This document shows, piece by piece, positions 30,728 through 40,230 of a stretch of 64,000 bases of DNA. The stretch spans positions 52,528 to 116,527 of the forward strand of contig CAZWMG010000004.1 of assembly GCA_964634945.1 (NCBI GenBank). Direction: 5' to 3'. Both the position numbers and the translations under genes were made by a program. The first letter of the stretch is position 1. Each line of letters begins with the position of its first letter. Source of the DNA: an uncultured Planctomycetia bacterium (GTDB lineage: Bacteria > Omnitrophota > Gorgyraeia > JABMRG01). The notes under the pieces are model-generated. The model saw nothing but the letters and a program-made list of their open reading frames with translations, ran no database searches and was not told where the DNA came from.

Positions 30728-32038
30728 ATGGATCTATTCCAACAACAAAAAAATTTCCTAAAAGATCTGCCACTTGCTGCACGCGTGCGCCCGCAGACAT
30801 TAGATACCTTTATGGGGCAGAGGCATATAATAGGCCCGGGAAAGCTTCTTAATCGTGCCATAGACGCGGATAAAGTGCACTCTCTTATTTTATACGGGCC
30901 AAGTGGGACAGGTAAAAATTGCCTTGCCTACATCATAAGCAACCTTACAAAGGCCCATTTTGACGAGATTAACGCCGTATCTTCCAATGTAGCCCAGATG
31001 CGTAAGCTGATAGAAGCGGCTAAAATAAGGCGCGCCGCAACCGGGCACAGGACGATACTCTTTATCGATGAGATCCACCGCTTTAATAAGGCGCAACAGG
31101 ACGTTCTTATGCCGTATGTGGAGAATGGAGACGTTACATTAATAGGAGCTACTACTCACAACCCTTTCTTTTTTATAGCACCGGCACTGATATCGCGTTC
31201 ACTTGTCTTTGAGTTGCAGCGATTAAGTGAGGACGAGCTAATAGATATATTGAAAAACGCCCTAGCAAATAAAGATAAGGGTTTTGGGCGCAATAAGATC
31301 AAGATAGATGATAAGGCATTAACGTTTCTCGCGAAAATATCAGATGGTGACGCGCGCCGCGCGCTAAACGCGTTAGAGATAGGCGTATTGACTACGCAGC
31401 CACAAAAAAATGGTTACATACATTACACATTAAAGGTGGCGCAGGAATCTATTCAGAAAAAAGCCGTAGTATATGACAAAGATGGAGATGGGCATTACGA
31501 TACTATATCAGCGTTTATAAAATCAATGCGCGGTTCAGACCCTAATGCGGCGCTATATTGGCTCGCTAAGATGCTCTATGCCGGAGAAGACCCGCGTTTT
31601 ATCGCTCGCCGTATTGTAATTTGCGCGGCAGAGGATGTAGGCAACGCTGATCCACAGGCGCTGGTATTAGCAAGCGCGGCATTAAATATCTCAGAATTTG
31701 TAGGAATGCCTGAGGCGCGCATACCACTTGCGCAGGCAGTAACATATATAGCTACAGCACCTAAATCTAACGCGGCGTATATGGGCATTGAAAAGGCCAT
31801 GGACGATGTAACCAATGGCAGGACCCTTGAGGTGCCGACACATCTTAAGGATGCAAGTTACAAGGGCGCTAAGCAATTAGGCCGTGGCAAGGACTACAAA
31901 TACGCCCATGCTTATAAAGGCCATTATGTAGAACAGGAATATATCCCCGCAAAGAAACAGTATTATGAGCCTACAGACATAGGTTATGAGCAAAATATCA
32001 GAGAATATCTTAGCAAGATAAAAAGAGACCTTAGTTAA
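30728..32038 (+). CDS. rarA: Replication-associated recombination protein A (MgsA/RarA AAA+ ATPase)
   Basis: Walker A GPSGTGKN, Walker B FIDEIHRF, sensor and C-terminal MgsA domains. Confidence 0.85.
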   Translation: MDLFQQQKNFLKDLPLAARVRPQTLDTFMGQRHIIGPGKLLNRAIDADKVHSLILYGPSGTGKNCLAYIISNLTKAHFDEINAVSSNVAQMRKLIEAAKIRRAATGHRTILFIDEIHRFNKAQQDVLMPYVENGDVTLIGATTHNPFFFIAPALISRSLVFELQRLSEDELIDILKNALANKDKGFGRNKIKIDDKALTFLAKISDGDARRALNALEIGVLTTQPQKNGYIHYTLKVAQESIQKKAVVYDKDGDGHYDTISAFIKSMRGSDPNAALYWLAKMLYAGEDPRFIARRIVICAAEDVGNADPQALVLASAALNISEFVGMPEARIPLAQAVTYIATAPKSNAAYMGIEKAMDDVTNGRTLEVPTHLKDASYKGAKQLGRGKDYKYAHAYKGHYVEQEYIPAKKQYYEPTDIGYEQNIREYLSKIKRDLS

Positions 32039-32098
32039 TATAAAAACTATATAGCTGTAAGTTGTAAGTTTTAAGTCGTAAGTCCTAAGCATTAACTT

Positions 32099-32146
32099 CA
32101 AGACCGGTTCTCAAGCACAGGTGGTTGTGCTTGAGAACCGGTCTTG
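32099..32146. repeat. 48-nt perfect palindrome (REP-like): CAAGACCGGTTCTCAAGCACA-ggtggt-TGTGCTTGAGAACCGGTCTTG
   Basis: 20-21 bp stem. A near-identical copy (46/48) in inverted orientation lies at 61691..61738. Confidence 0.9.
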
Positions 32147-32186
32147 TCAAGTAGTTAATAATTTTATATGTTTTAATCTGTTTTTC

Positions 32187-32215
32187 TTGACTTAACCCCA
32201 TATATAGTGTATATA
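32187..32215 (+). promoter_or_regulatory. Promoter (TTGACT, 17 nt, TATATA) for the giant ORF
   Basis: Read directly. Confidence 0.4.
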
Positions 32216-32287
32216 TAAGGTATGAAACGAGGCTTTATTTGCCTTATTAATACATACTTTTAAAAACATAATAGTAACGAGATAAAG

Positions 32288-35200
32288 ATGACAAAAAAAA
32301 CTATAACACTTATACTTATAATAAGTTATATCATAACATCTAGCGGTCCTTGCTACGGTTTCGGCGCTAAGACGCTATTCACGCGCAAATCTCATGCACA
32401 AAGGCATGTAAATGCTTCTGCCAAGGCTGCGGAGAAGGATATTCTGGAGGCTTCTTCATCTCTTAGTATACCAAAAAGCCTCGGCCGCGTAGTTGAATCC
32501 TATAAAGGCAAAAATAAGAAGTTAATAATCCATATTCAGGACCGCCACGTAGACCCGGTTACGCAGAACAATATCGCGTCAATAATAGAGGCCTTGAATC
32601 TGCAGCACAATATTTATCTTATGTGCCTTGAAGGCGCTTTTAATGAACTTGATACATCGTTTTACAATAGTTTTGAGGATGCAGTGCTAAAAAAGAAGGT
32701 TGCGGAGGTTTTTGTGCAACAAGGCCTTTTTACAGGCCCGGAATTCTACAAGATAACCAATGCGGAAAATTACATAAGGGCCGTTGGCGCGGAGGATCGT
32801 GCGTTATATTTAAAACATCTTGCCAATTATAAGGAGAACCAGATCAATAAAGATGAAATTACAAGGCTCCTCAGGCATATGGGCAAAGCTACAGACGCGC
32901 TTAAGAAGCATGTTTTCTCTAAGGAGTTGATAGCATTAGACAAGGTTTCTCGCGATTACGTTAACAAGCAGATCGACCTGCCTGAATATCTTCTCCAGCT
33001 GAACGCGTATGCAGCCAAGTCCGACATATTGCCAGAGGAGTATTCTAATCTAAACAAATTTATCCATCTTACGGAAAGAGAACGCAGCATAGATTTTAAA
33101 GCAGCGGAGCAAGAGAGAGAATCGCTGATAAGATATTTTTCAGAGCGCCTGCCAAAAGAAGGCGTCCAGGCGCTCGTCCAATTAAGCCTTGATTTCCGTT
33201 CAAACAAGGTCTCAGATATTGTTTTTCACGACTACCTTGAGAGCTTAGCAGTTGAGCATGGGTTAAATAGCGCTATTTATAAAAACCTTGTTGCGTATAC
33301 AGAATATTTGAGGCTTTCTAGGGAGATAAACCATCTAAAGGTCTTTGATGAAGCACAAGATCTAGAGGAAAGAACGCAGATAGCGCTTTGCAATAACCAA
33401 GACCAGCAGAGCCTTGTTCAATATTCAAAATCAGTGAGCATGTTAAAAGATCTATATGCACTCAAGCTTACGCATCGTCATCTAGATTATATGGACGAGC
33501 ACCCGGGCTCGTTTGATATAGCAAACATACAAAAGTTTTTAAACAAAACATCTGCCAAATACGGCTTAGATACATTGTTAACCGATAGCTTAATAAGCCC
33601 GGATAGGCAGGCGCTTAATAATTCAAAAGAATTTTACCGCCTCGCGCTAATGCGTGACATTGCCCTTACAGACAACACATTAAAGCGCATGAAGCAGTAT
33701 CGTAAGGACAAGGCGATTCTTGTTACAGGAGGCTTTCATACTCAGGGCATAACAAATATTTTAAGGAAAAAAGACATATCATATGTTGTCATATGTCCTA
33801 CCATAGGCCTTAATGATTGCGATAAGATCTACGAAAAGCGGATAAATGGCACTCTTCCTAGTATGTATGCGTTGCAAACAGCATTGGCTAATATGTTATC
33901 TGTGCAGCTTAAGTCTGGCGAGGCTGATGTGCAGGAGCTCTTTTCTAAGGCCTACCAGAGCGTTTCTCAGCCTGCTGTAGAAGCCCAGGATATATTGATA
34001 GCCAAAGCCTCGTCATCAGGATTAGGTGGTTATGTAGTCAAAAACTTAATAGTTGCTGCAACAGTAGCGCTATTGGGAACAGGGATTTATATCCAGCAGT
34101 CTTCAGTAAGTTCTCAGAAAGACGCAATGGATACATTTGTGATAGCAAAGGCATTGCCATCGGATCAGTGGCAGATTATTTTAGATACATTAAGAGAGAT
34201 TTACGCCCTTATAAAAGACATAGAAGCGCCGAAGCCGCGCCAGATGGAGATGAAATTCAAGGTTGGCAAGGCGGCACGCATTTTACGTGATTACATAACG
34301 AATAATTTAGATAGTATACATAAGTATGCTAAGGAGGAGGGGATAGAACCGAATTATCTTGCGGCAATAATCATAGCAGAGCAGATGGATATAGACGAAT
34401 TTAGTTTAAAAGGTGAGGGCACAGATAAGATTCTGCCGCGTCTTCATATACGTGATACATCGCGGGGCCCGGGGCAGATAACAGAGCGGGCGCTTAAAAA
34501 GCATTGTAAAGAGACGCGGTGGCCCGCGTATGATAATCGATCTACGGAAGAGCTCTCCGATTCCGAGATAAATGCTATCCTAATGGGTGAAGGGGGCAAC
34601 CTGACAGACCACATAAGGGCGATAGCGATAATCTTAAGGGGAAAACGTGATTCTATTAAAGATTCTGCCGCGCTCTCTCTTGTTCAAGGCAAGCTGCAGT
34701 TAGGCGCGCTTTATACATCAACATACAGGGGCCTCGTAAAGGAGGATAAGGAGGATTTCTGTACATTCAGACAACTAAGAGAGAGCGAAAAAATACGGAC
34801 ACAGGTTTATGCGCATGCTGTAATTATCTATGAAGACTTTGTAAGCAAATGGCTGCGCTACCATAAATATGCATATGTGCCAGATGACATGTTATCTATG
34901 ACACTGCCTACCGATAACGCGGTTGATAGCGGCGCTGACGGCATTCAAGATATACAGGCAAAGGCCTCATCATCAGGCAGGAAGATAATGCATGTATGGG
35001 AGAATGGACACCCTGTCCTACCAGGGGGTTCACAAGCTACGCTTATGGCAGGATTAGGCGTATGTTTTGCAGTAGCTGCTAAACATACAAAAACAGAAGA
35101 AAGGTATATGGCGCACCTGTATCCGCTTCGACAAACAGGGGGCGCAGCAGGGAACTGGAAAGACGCGTATATCAATACGATGCTTAGCCGGCTCGATAGT

Positions 35201-38200
35201 TTCAATGTTCAACCACCAGGCCACAGGATAGATAAAGCCCGTAAGGGGAATGGATGGAATGCCGTTGTTATCCCGTCAGGTAAAGAGCTTGACGGTTATC
35301 CAAAAGAGGATAGAATCACGTTAGAGGACATAACAGAGAGGCTGGAGGCGGCTGGTGTAGATTTTATCGCAGACATTAACAGGGCCCACAAGTTAGTTAG
35401 ATTCCAAAAAGACGGCTCCATAAATATTATTCTGCCGGAAACGCCGGAAGCCTCTTATGACATTACTGCGCTGACGAAGGCTTCATCATCAGGCCGCGAT
35501 ATAGACAGAGGCTCTTTTTATAATCTTATACCTTCTGAAACCAGGCCAAGCGCAAAGATATATGATTACACCGATACAGAGGACAGGTATGAGATAATAG
35601 AATCGCTTAAGAGCAGTAATTGGTATTACCAGGCAGACGGTGATGGCCAGAAAGCCGCGATAATCAACAGGGCCTTTAACACGCTATCCGACTCTGCTAT
35701 TAACCAGCTAAAGAGTATTATAACAGAGCGCATGCAGGAAAACGGCAATGCTATAACAGAAGACACTATAGAGAGTATTATGGTATATGGAAGTTGGATA
35801 TATAATTTCGATGACAAGAAGATTTCTAATGATATCGATTTCGCGGTTATAGCAAAAGGAGATATACCCGTTCAGTCTATAAGAGGCGTAAGGATTCCGA
35901 AAACACTTTTTAAGGACACAGCCGATATAATACCGGTAGAACAAGCCGACATAAGGATTATAGGCACAGAACAACTCTTGTTAGCACCCGATGAAAAGGA
36001 GTACGAGACTACCCACTTTGAGGTATCTATGCAGGGCCACGGCATATTGCTCTGGGGCAGGAACTTCTTTCAGAGGCAGCCTATGGCGCACAATCTTATG
36101 GTGATGGCCAGAACGTTTTTATCTATTATGGAATTTTATCTGGATGTAAAATTACACAGCACGCATTATCCAGAAGAGTATTTAGATACTCTGAATAAAA
36201 GGCTGGATGAGGTGTATAATATTTTTAAGGTGCTGTTTAAAAATCTTGACCAGCCGGAACAGCCTTTAGCTGTAGGTATTATTCCCGTAGATAAGGCAGT
36301 AAAAGATATGAAGGCAGTAATGCGTAATGTAAGAAAATACTTAGACGGCTATTCTTATGAAGCGTTCCAGGATATCCTTAATACCGGTGTAGCGTCTGGA
36401 TTGAATGCACTTTATGTCCAGACCGAGACCAAGTTCATGAAAGAGTCGTTAGAAGCTCTTGGAAAAAAGACACAGGCCAGGACTTCATCATCAGGGGCAA
36501 TAATTACGCGCCCATTAGATAAGATACCGCCGGAAGAGATAAAGAATATTCTTGTTGTAGGTGATTACAAAAAGATAATACCAATGCCTAAATTAGGCGA
36601 GACAATAATAGATTTATGGCCGCTTGTTACTTCTCTTTGTAAGAAATACCCGGAATCAAAGATATTCGTATCAGCCCCTTATACGGAATTTTATTTAGCA
36701 GGCGACTTTAAGGGGCAGGTGGTCCCCATACCAAGCACAATAAAAGATATCCGTGACTGGGGCTACGCTAAATCAACATGGATTACAGATGATATTAACG
36801 GAGAGAAGGTATTGCGGTATAATGCGAAAGATATGTGCGCGTTAACACAGGCCGGCTATAAGGCGCGAAAGGAATTTATTCAGGACGAGATAATATTTGA
36901 GAGAAAACAGGAAGACCGGACAGGCGGTGAGGCGGGAACGGGAATCGATATGGTTTTTGATGTATCTGTGGCGCAGGGCCTGCGCAATGAGTTTTTAGGT
37001 AAGCAGCGCGGCAGACAGCCGTATTATTTTTCCATAGCCTCTTTTCTTAAGTATGCAAGCGCAACGAACGTATCCGTCGGACGCTATGATCAGGAATGTC
37101 CTGCGCAATACCGTGACAAGAAGGGTGATATTCACGACGTAAATTATGGTAATACGCTGGATGGCTTTCTTAACGTTCCTATGCTTAAACAGGCAGATAT
37201 ATGGAAGGCATCAATCGCTATTACCGCCGGCCTGGGCCTTGATGTAACGCAAGATAGTCTCAGATATATAACTTTAACCGAAAGTGAACGCCAAAACGCG
37301 ATAAGTTTTTTATCAGAAGTAAGCGGTATTTTTGATGGAAAGAACGAGACTGCTATTTTTGATACGACGAAGAAGATTATTCTTGTTAATGTATACGCAC
37401 AGACACAAAGTGTTTTAATGGGTTATACAATCGACCAGCAGATAGACACTTGGGTAGATTGCATAAGCACAACTCTCAAATCAATGAGAAACACCTATAT
37501 TGTTTTTACGAGAGGCGGGGAGATGGATGATAACTATACGTTTGTTGACCAGGTTGCAAGGGAGCTGATAAAAAGAAGCAAGGGCTCTGTCGCTCCACAT
37601 CAGAACGCTGTAATCCTGCCAAAAGAATCATTATATTCAAGGATTAACGAGGTTGTTGGCTTATCAGATGCGGTAATAACCCTGGATACGGGTATGAGCC
37701 ATTATGCTAACGGGGTATTTAATAAGCCTACACTCCTTATTACATCATCCAATATTCTGCACTGGGCTGCACCAAGAGAGAATGTATACCCGATAATACG
37801 CACCACGATACCGCAAAAAAATACTCACTATACAGAATTAGACAGTATTAAGCACGCAACCATGCTTTTGAACGCATTGTTAGGTGTAAAATCAGTCCGT
37901 GAAATACTTAAAAGCAGAAAACAGGCCAAGGCATTATCGTGGCTCGATTCCAATGATAGAATGCAGCAGCTCAGGACGCTTATGCAGCGCAAGTACGACC
38001 CTGCCGCAGAGATAGTTATGGATGATGTTGTGGATCAAATATTTCCAAAAGTTGTAGCGGATTTTATCGAGAAGAAAGCCGGGCGAAACGCAGAATATCT
38101 TTGGCCGCTTAGTGTTTCACCTAAAGCCTCTTCCGCTGGTACGAAGATATTGGATGAGGAATTATATTATGACGTAAGCGAGGCTATAGAGAAGAGCATA

Positions 38201-38890
38201 GAGCCTCTTTATGAGAAGGCCAGCAGTCTTGGGCTTGGGCGGCTGACATTTATTACAACGGTGCGCGAACTTACAGAGATAGATAAGAAACATTTAAGAA
38301 ACCTCGCCAGGCAAAATTCAGGGCTGCCGGATGATGCCCCGAAAAAGATAACCATAATAGCCTTGCACGATCAGCTGATAGGCGCGCTGAAAGGGTGCGG
38401 TTTTACTGATACAGGCGCCAGGCCTTCTGTGTTAGGTGTTAATTCCTTCAGTTTCTTGCCGGACTTTTTGGGCAGGGGCTGGGATAACATAGATGACGAT
38501 GAAAAGATGGCTATGGTAGCTGCGCATGCACGCACTCAGAATAAGGCCGTCATAACGATAACGGATGATATAGCTGCACAGGGTATCGCCTCTGTGATAC
38601 CCGCATACCTAAACGACAGGATGAAAGGAAGAGTCGTTATAGCGTCTATGAAAGGGGCAGAGCAAAAGACGCGGATCGGATACGATACAATAGAAGAAAA
38701 CGGCATACTCTTTAGTGCGATACTCGCCAATGCCGTTAAGGAGATAGGCACACAACTTATAGGGAGCAAGGATCAGGAATTATTTATACTGAATATATTG
38801 CCGCCTATTAATAGCAAGGCATTCGAAGAATTTATTCATAGCCTCATGGATATCAAAACCGCGGTTGAAGCAACTGCTTCAGCAGCCTAA
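32288..38890 (+). CDS. Giant 2200-aa mosaic protein. Signal peptide, then an N-terminal IHIQDRH/GGFHTQG domain (TraB/TIKI-like?), then a TM helix near residue 585. A minimal nucleotidyltransferase domain (GSx12DIDF) follows, then a GT9 heptosyltransferase-like domain. Six K/T-A-S-S-S/A/L-G linker motifs separate the domains.
   Basis: Single uninterrupted frame. Motifs read from the translation: VYGSWIYNFDDKKISNDIDFAVI; ILVVGDYKKIIP..LITLDTGMSHYANGV; KASSSG at about residues 570, 890, 1060, 1400 (TSSSG), 1960 (KASSAG) and 1990 (KASSLG). Confidence 0.85.
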   Translation: MTKKTITLILIISYIITSSGPCYGFGAKTLFTRKSHAQRHVNASAKAAEKDILEASSSLSIPKSLGRVVESYKGKNKKLIIHIQDRHVDPVTQNNIASIIEALNLQHNIYLMCLEGAFNELDTSFYNSFEDAVLKKKVAEVFVQQGLFTGPEFYKITNAENYIRAVGAEDRALYLKHLANYKENQINKDEITRLLRHMGKATDALKKHVFSKELIALDKVSRDYVNKQIDLPEYLLQLNAYAAKSDILPEEYSNLNKFIHLTERERSIDFKAAEQERESLIRYFSERLPKEGVQALVQLSLDFRSNKVSDIVFHDYLESLAVEHGLNSAIYKNLVAYTEYLRLSREINHLKVFDEAQDLEERTQIALCNNQDQQSLVQYSKSVSMLKDLYALKLTHRHLDYMDEHPGSFDIANIQKFLNKTSAKYGLDTLLTDSLISPDRQALNNSKEFYRLALMRDIALTDNTLKRMKQYRKDKAILVTGGFHTQGITNILRKKDISYVVICPTIGLNDCDKIYEKRINGTLPSMYALQTALANMLSVQLKSGEADVQELFSKAYQSVSQPAVEAQDILIAKASSSGLGGYVVKNLIVAATVALLGTGIYIQQSSVSSQKDAMDTFVIAKALPSDQWQIILDTLREIYALIKDIEAPKPRQMEMKFKVGKAARILRDYITNNLDSIHKYAKEEGIEPNYLAAIIIAEQMDIDEFSLKGEGTDKILPRLHIRDTSRGPGQITERALKKHCKETRWPAYDNRSTEELSDSEINAILMGEGGNLTDHIRAIAIILRGKRDSIKDSAALSLVQGKLQLGALYTSTYRGLVKEDKEDFCTFRQLRESEKIRTQVYAHAVIIYEDFVSKWLRYHKYAYVPDDMLSMTLPTDNAVDSGADGIQDIQAKASSSGRKIMHVWENGHPVLPGGSQATLMAGLGVCFAVAAKHTKTEERYMAHLYPLRQTGGAAGNWKDAYINTMLSRLDSFNVQPPGHRIDKARKGNGWNAVVIPSGKELDGYPKEDRITLEDITERLEAAGVDFIADINRAHKLVRFQKDGSINIILPETPEASYDITALTKASSSGRDIDRGSFYNLIPSETRPSAKIYDYTDTEDRYEIIESLKSSNWYYQADGDGQKAAIINRAFNTLSDSAINQLKSIITERMQENGNAITEDTIESIMVYGSWIYNFDDKKISNDIDFAVIAKGDIPVQSIRGVRIPKTLFKDTADIIPVEQADIRIIGTEQLLLAPDEKEYETTHFEVSMQGHGILLWGRNFFQRQPMAHNLMVMARTFLSIMEFYLDVKLHSTHYPEEYLDTLNKRLDEVYNIFKVLFKNLDQPEQPLAVGIIPVDKAVKDMKAVMRNVRKYLDGYSYEAFQDILNTGVASGLNALYVQTETKFMKESLEALGKKTQARTSSSGAIITRPLDKIPPEEIKNILVVGDYKKIIPMPKLGETIIDLWPLVTSLCKKYPESKIFVSAPYTEFYLAGDFKGQVVPIPSTIKDIRDWGYAKSTWITDDINGEKVLRYNAKDMCALTQAGYKARKEFIQDEIIFERKQEDRTGGEAGTGIDMVFDVSVAQGLRNEFLGKQRGRQPYYFSIASFLKYASATNVSVGRYDQECPAQYRDKKGDIHDVNYGNTLDGFLNVPMLKQADIWKASIAITAGLGLDVTQDSLRYITLTESERQNAISFLSEVSGIFDGKNETAIFDTTKKIILVNVYAQTQSVLMGYTIDQQIDTWVDCISTTLKSMRNTYIVFTRGGEMDDNYTFVDQVARELIKRSKGSVAPHQNAVILPKESLYSRINEVVGLSDAVITLDTGMSHYANGVFNKPTLLITSSNILHWAAPRENVYPIIRTTIPQKNTHYTELDSIKHATMLLNALLGVKSVREILKSRKQAKALSWLDSNDRMQQLRTLMQRKYDPAAEIVMDDVVDQIFPKVVADFIEKKAGRNAEYLWPLSVSPKASSAGTKILDEELYYDVSEAIEKSIEPLYEKASSLGLGRLTFITTVRELTEIDKKHLRNLARQNSGLPDDAPKKITIIALHDQLIGALKGCGFTDTGARPSVLGVNSFSFLPDFLGRGWDNIDDDEKMAMVAAHARTQNKAVITITDDIAAQGIASVIPAYLNDRMKGRVVIASMKGAEQKTRIGYDTIEENGILFSAILANAVKEIGTQLIGSKDQELFILNILPPINSKAFEEFIHSLMDIKTAVEATASAA

Positions 38891-39206
38891 TGCTGGGACG
38901 GTCCTAAAGGGGACACCCCTGAGCGCGCTATCACACTGTTTTTTATGTTTTTACCAAACATTCTCAATAAGGAACATAAATTTTTTATTGTATTTTTTTA
39001 TTTAAAGCGCGCCCCTTCTACTTGTTTTCTATTTCCTACTAAAATAGTAATATATTGCCCCTGTTTTTTACTATCAAAGTTGACAAAATGAGTATAATAT
39101 GCTACAGTTGGCACTATGCTTACAACATAGGAAAGCATTAAATGCCTATGTGCATATTTTTAACATTAGATTCTTAACAAAAACCGATAACCGGGCACCG
39201 AAAAAA

Positions 39207-40127
39207 ATGAGCTGTATATATAACGATATAACAGAGACCATAGGTAATACCCCTCTTGTAAGGATATCGAATATAAGTACCTTTGGAGCAAGAGTCCTGG
39301 TAAAACTCGAATCATTCAATCCTCTATCAAGCATAAAAGACAGAATAGGCATTGCTATGATACGAGATGCCGAAAAAAGAGGCCTGCTAAAAAAAGGTGC
39401 AACTATAATCGAGCCTACAAGCGGTAATACGGGTATCGCCTTAGCCTTTGCCGCTGCGGTCAAGGGGTATAGATTGATATTGACAATGCCGGATACTATG
39501 AGCATAGAGCGTCAAAAGCTCCTCAAGTTGATAGGCGCGGAGATAGTGCTTACTCCTGGTGAAAAAGGCATGAAAGGCGCGATTAAAAGAGCAGAAGAGG
39601 TCTTAGAGCAAACCCCTGGGGCATTTATGCCGCAACAATTTAAAAACCCGGCTAATCCACAGATTCATCGTGAGACCACAGCAAAAGAGATATTACAGGA
39701 TACGGAAAGACACGTAGATTTTTTTGTATCCGGCGTTGGTACGGGTGGCACATTGACAGGCATCGGTTCGGTTCTTAAAGAGAATATACCAACAGTAAAG
39801 ATTGTAGCGGTTGAACCAGAGGGTTCAGCTGTTCTTTCAGGTTCAAAGCCCGGGCCGCACAAGATACAGGGCATCGGTGCCGGCTTTATCCCAGAGATAT
39901 TACAAAAAGAGTTGATAGACGAGATTATAGTTGTAAGTAACGCTGATGCTAAGGATATGGCACAAGCCCTCGCCAAGAAAGAAGGGATATTAGCAGGCAT
40001 ATCAAGCGGCGCAGCGCTCTCAGCGGCTTTGAGTATCGCCAAAAGGCGTGATAGCAAGGGAAAGAACATAGTTGTGATCCTGCCTGATACAGGCGAGCGC
40101 TATCTTAGTACAGATCTTTTTGATTAG
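39207..40127 (+). CDS. cysK: Cysteine synthase A (O-acetylserine sulfhydrylase). Start at MSCIYNDITETIGNTPLV; the track ORF begins at 39099.
   Basis: PLP-lysine motif NPLSSIKDR, GTGGT loop, 306 aa. Confidence 0.85.
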   Translation: MSCIYNDITETIGNTPLVRISNISTFGARVLVKLESFNPLSSIKDRIGIAMIRDAEKRGLLKKGATIIEPTSGNTGIALAFAAAVKGYRLILTMPDTMSIERQKLLKLIGAEIVLTPGEKGMKGAIKRAEEVLEQTPGAFMPQQFKNPANPQIHRETTAKEILQDTERHVDFFVSGVGTGGTLTGIGSVLKENIPTVKIVAVEPEGSAVLSGSKPGPHKIQGIGAGFIPEILQKELIDEIIVVSNADAKDMAQALAKKEGILAGISSGAALSAALSIAKRRDSKGKNIVVILPDTGERYLSTDLFD

Positions 40128-40144
40128 ATTTTATTGATAATATA

Positions 40145-40230
40145 TAAAAATCCCTCGCTATTGCTTGGGATTAATTCGCCCCTCTTCTTGCTTTTGCAAG
40201 AAAGCAGAGGGGCTCATTAAGGAGACGATA
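40145..40230 (+). promoter_or_regulatory. Second copy of the hairpin-TTAATTC-hairpin-SD leader, upstream of the COG1900 gene
   Basis: TTAATTCGCCCCTCTTCTTGCTTTTGCAAGAAAGCAGAGGGGCTCATTAAGGAGAC is nearly identical to 24399..24452. Confidence 0.5.

Noticed and set aside
40145-40230. SAM/SAH riboswitch upstream of the homocysteine gene
   Set aside because: The same 60-nt element occurs upstream of rplT, which a methionine-specific riboswitch would not explain.
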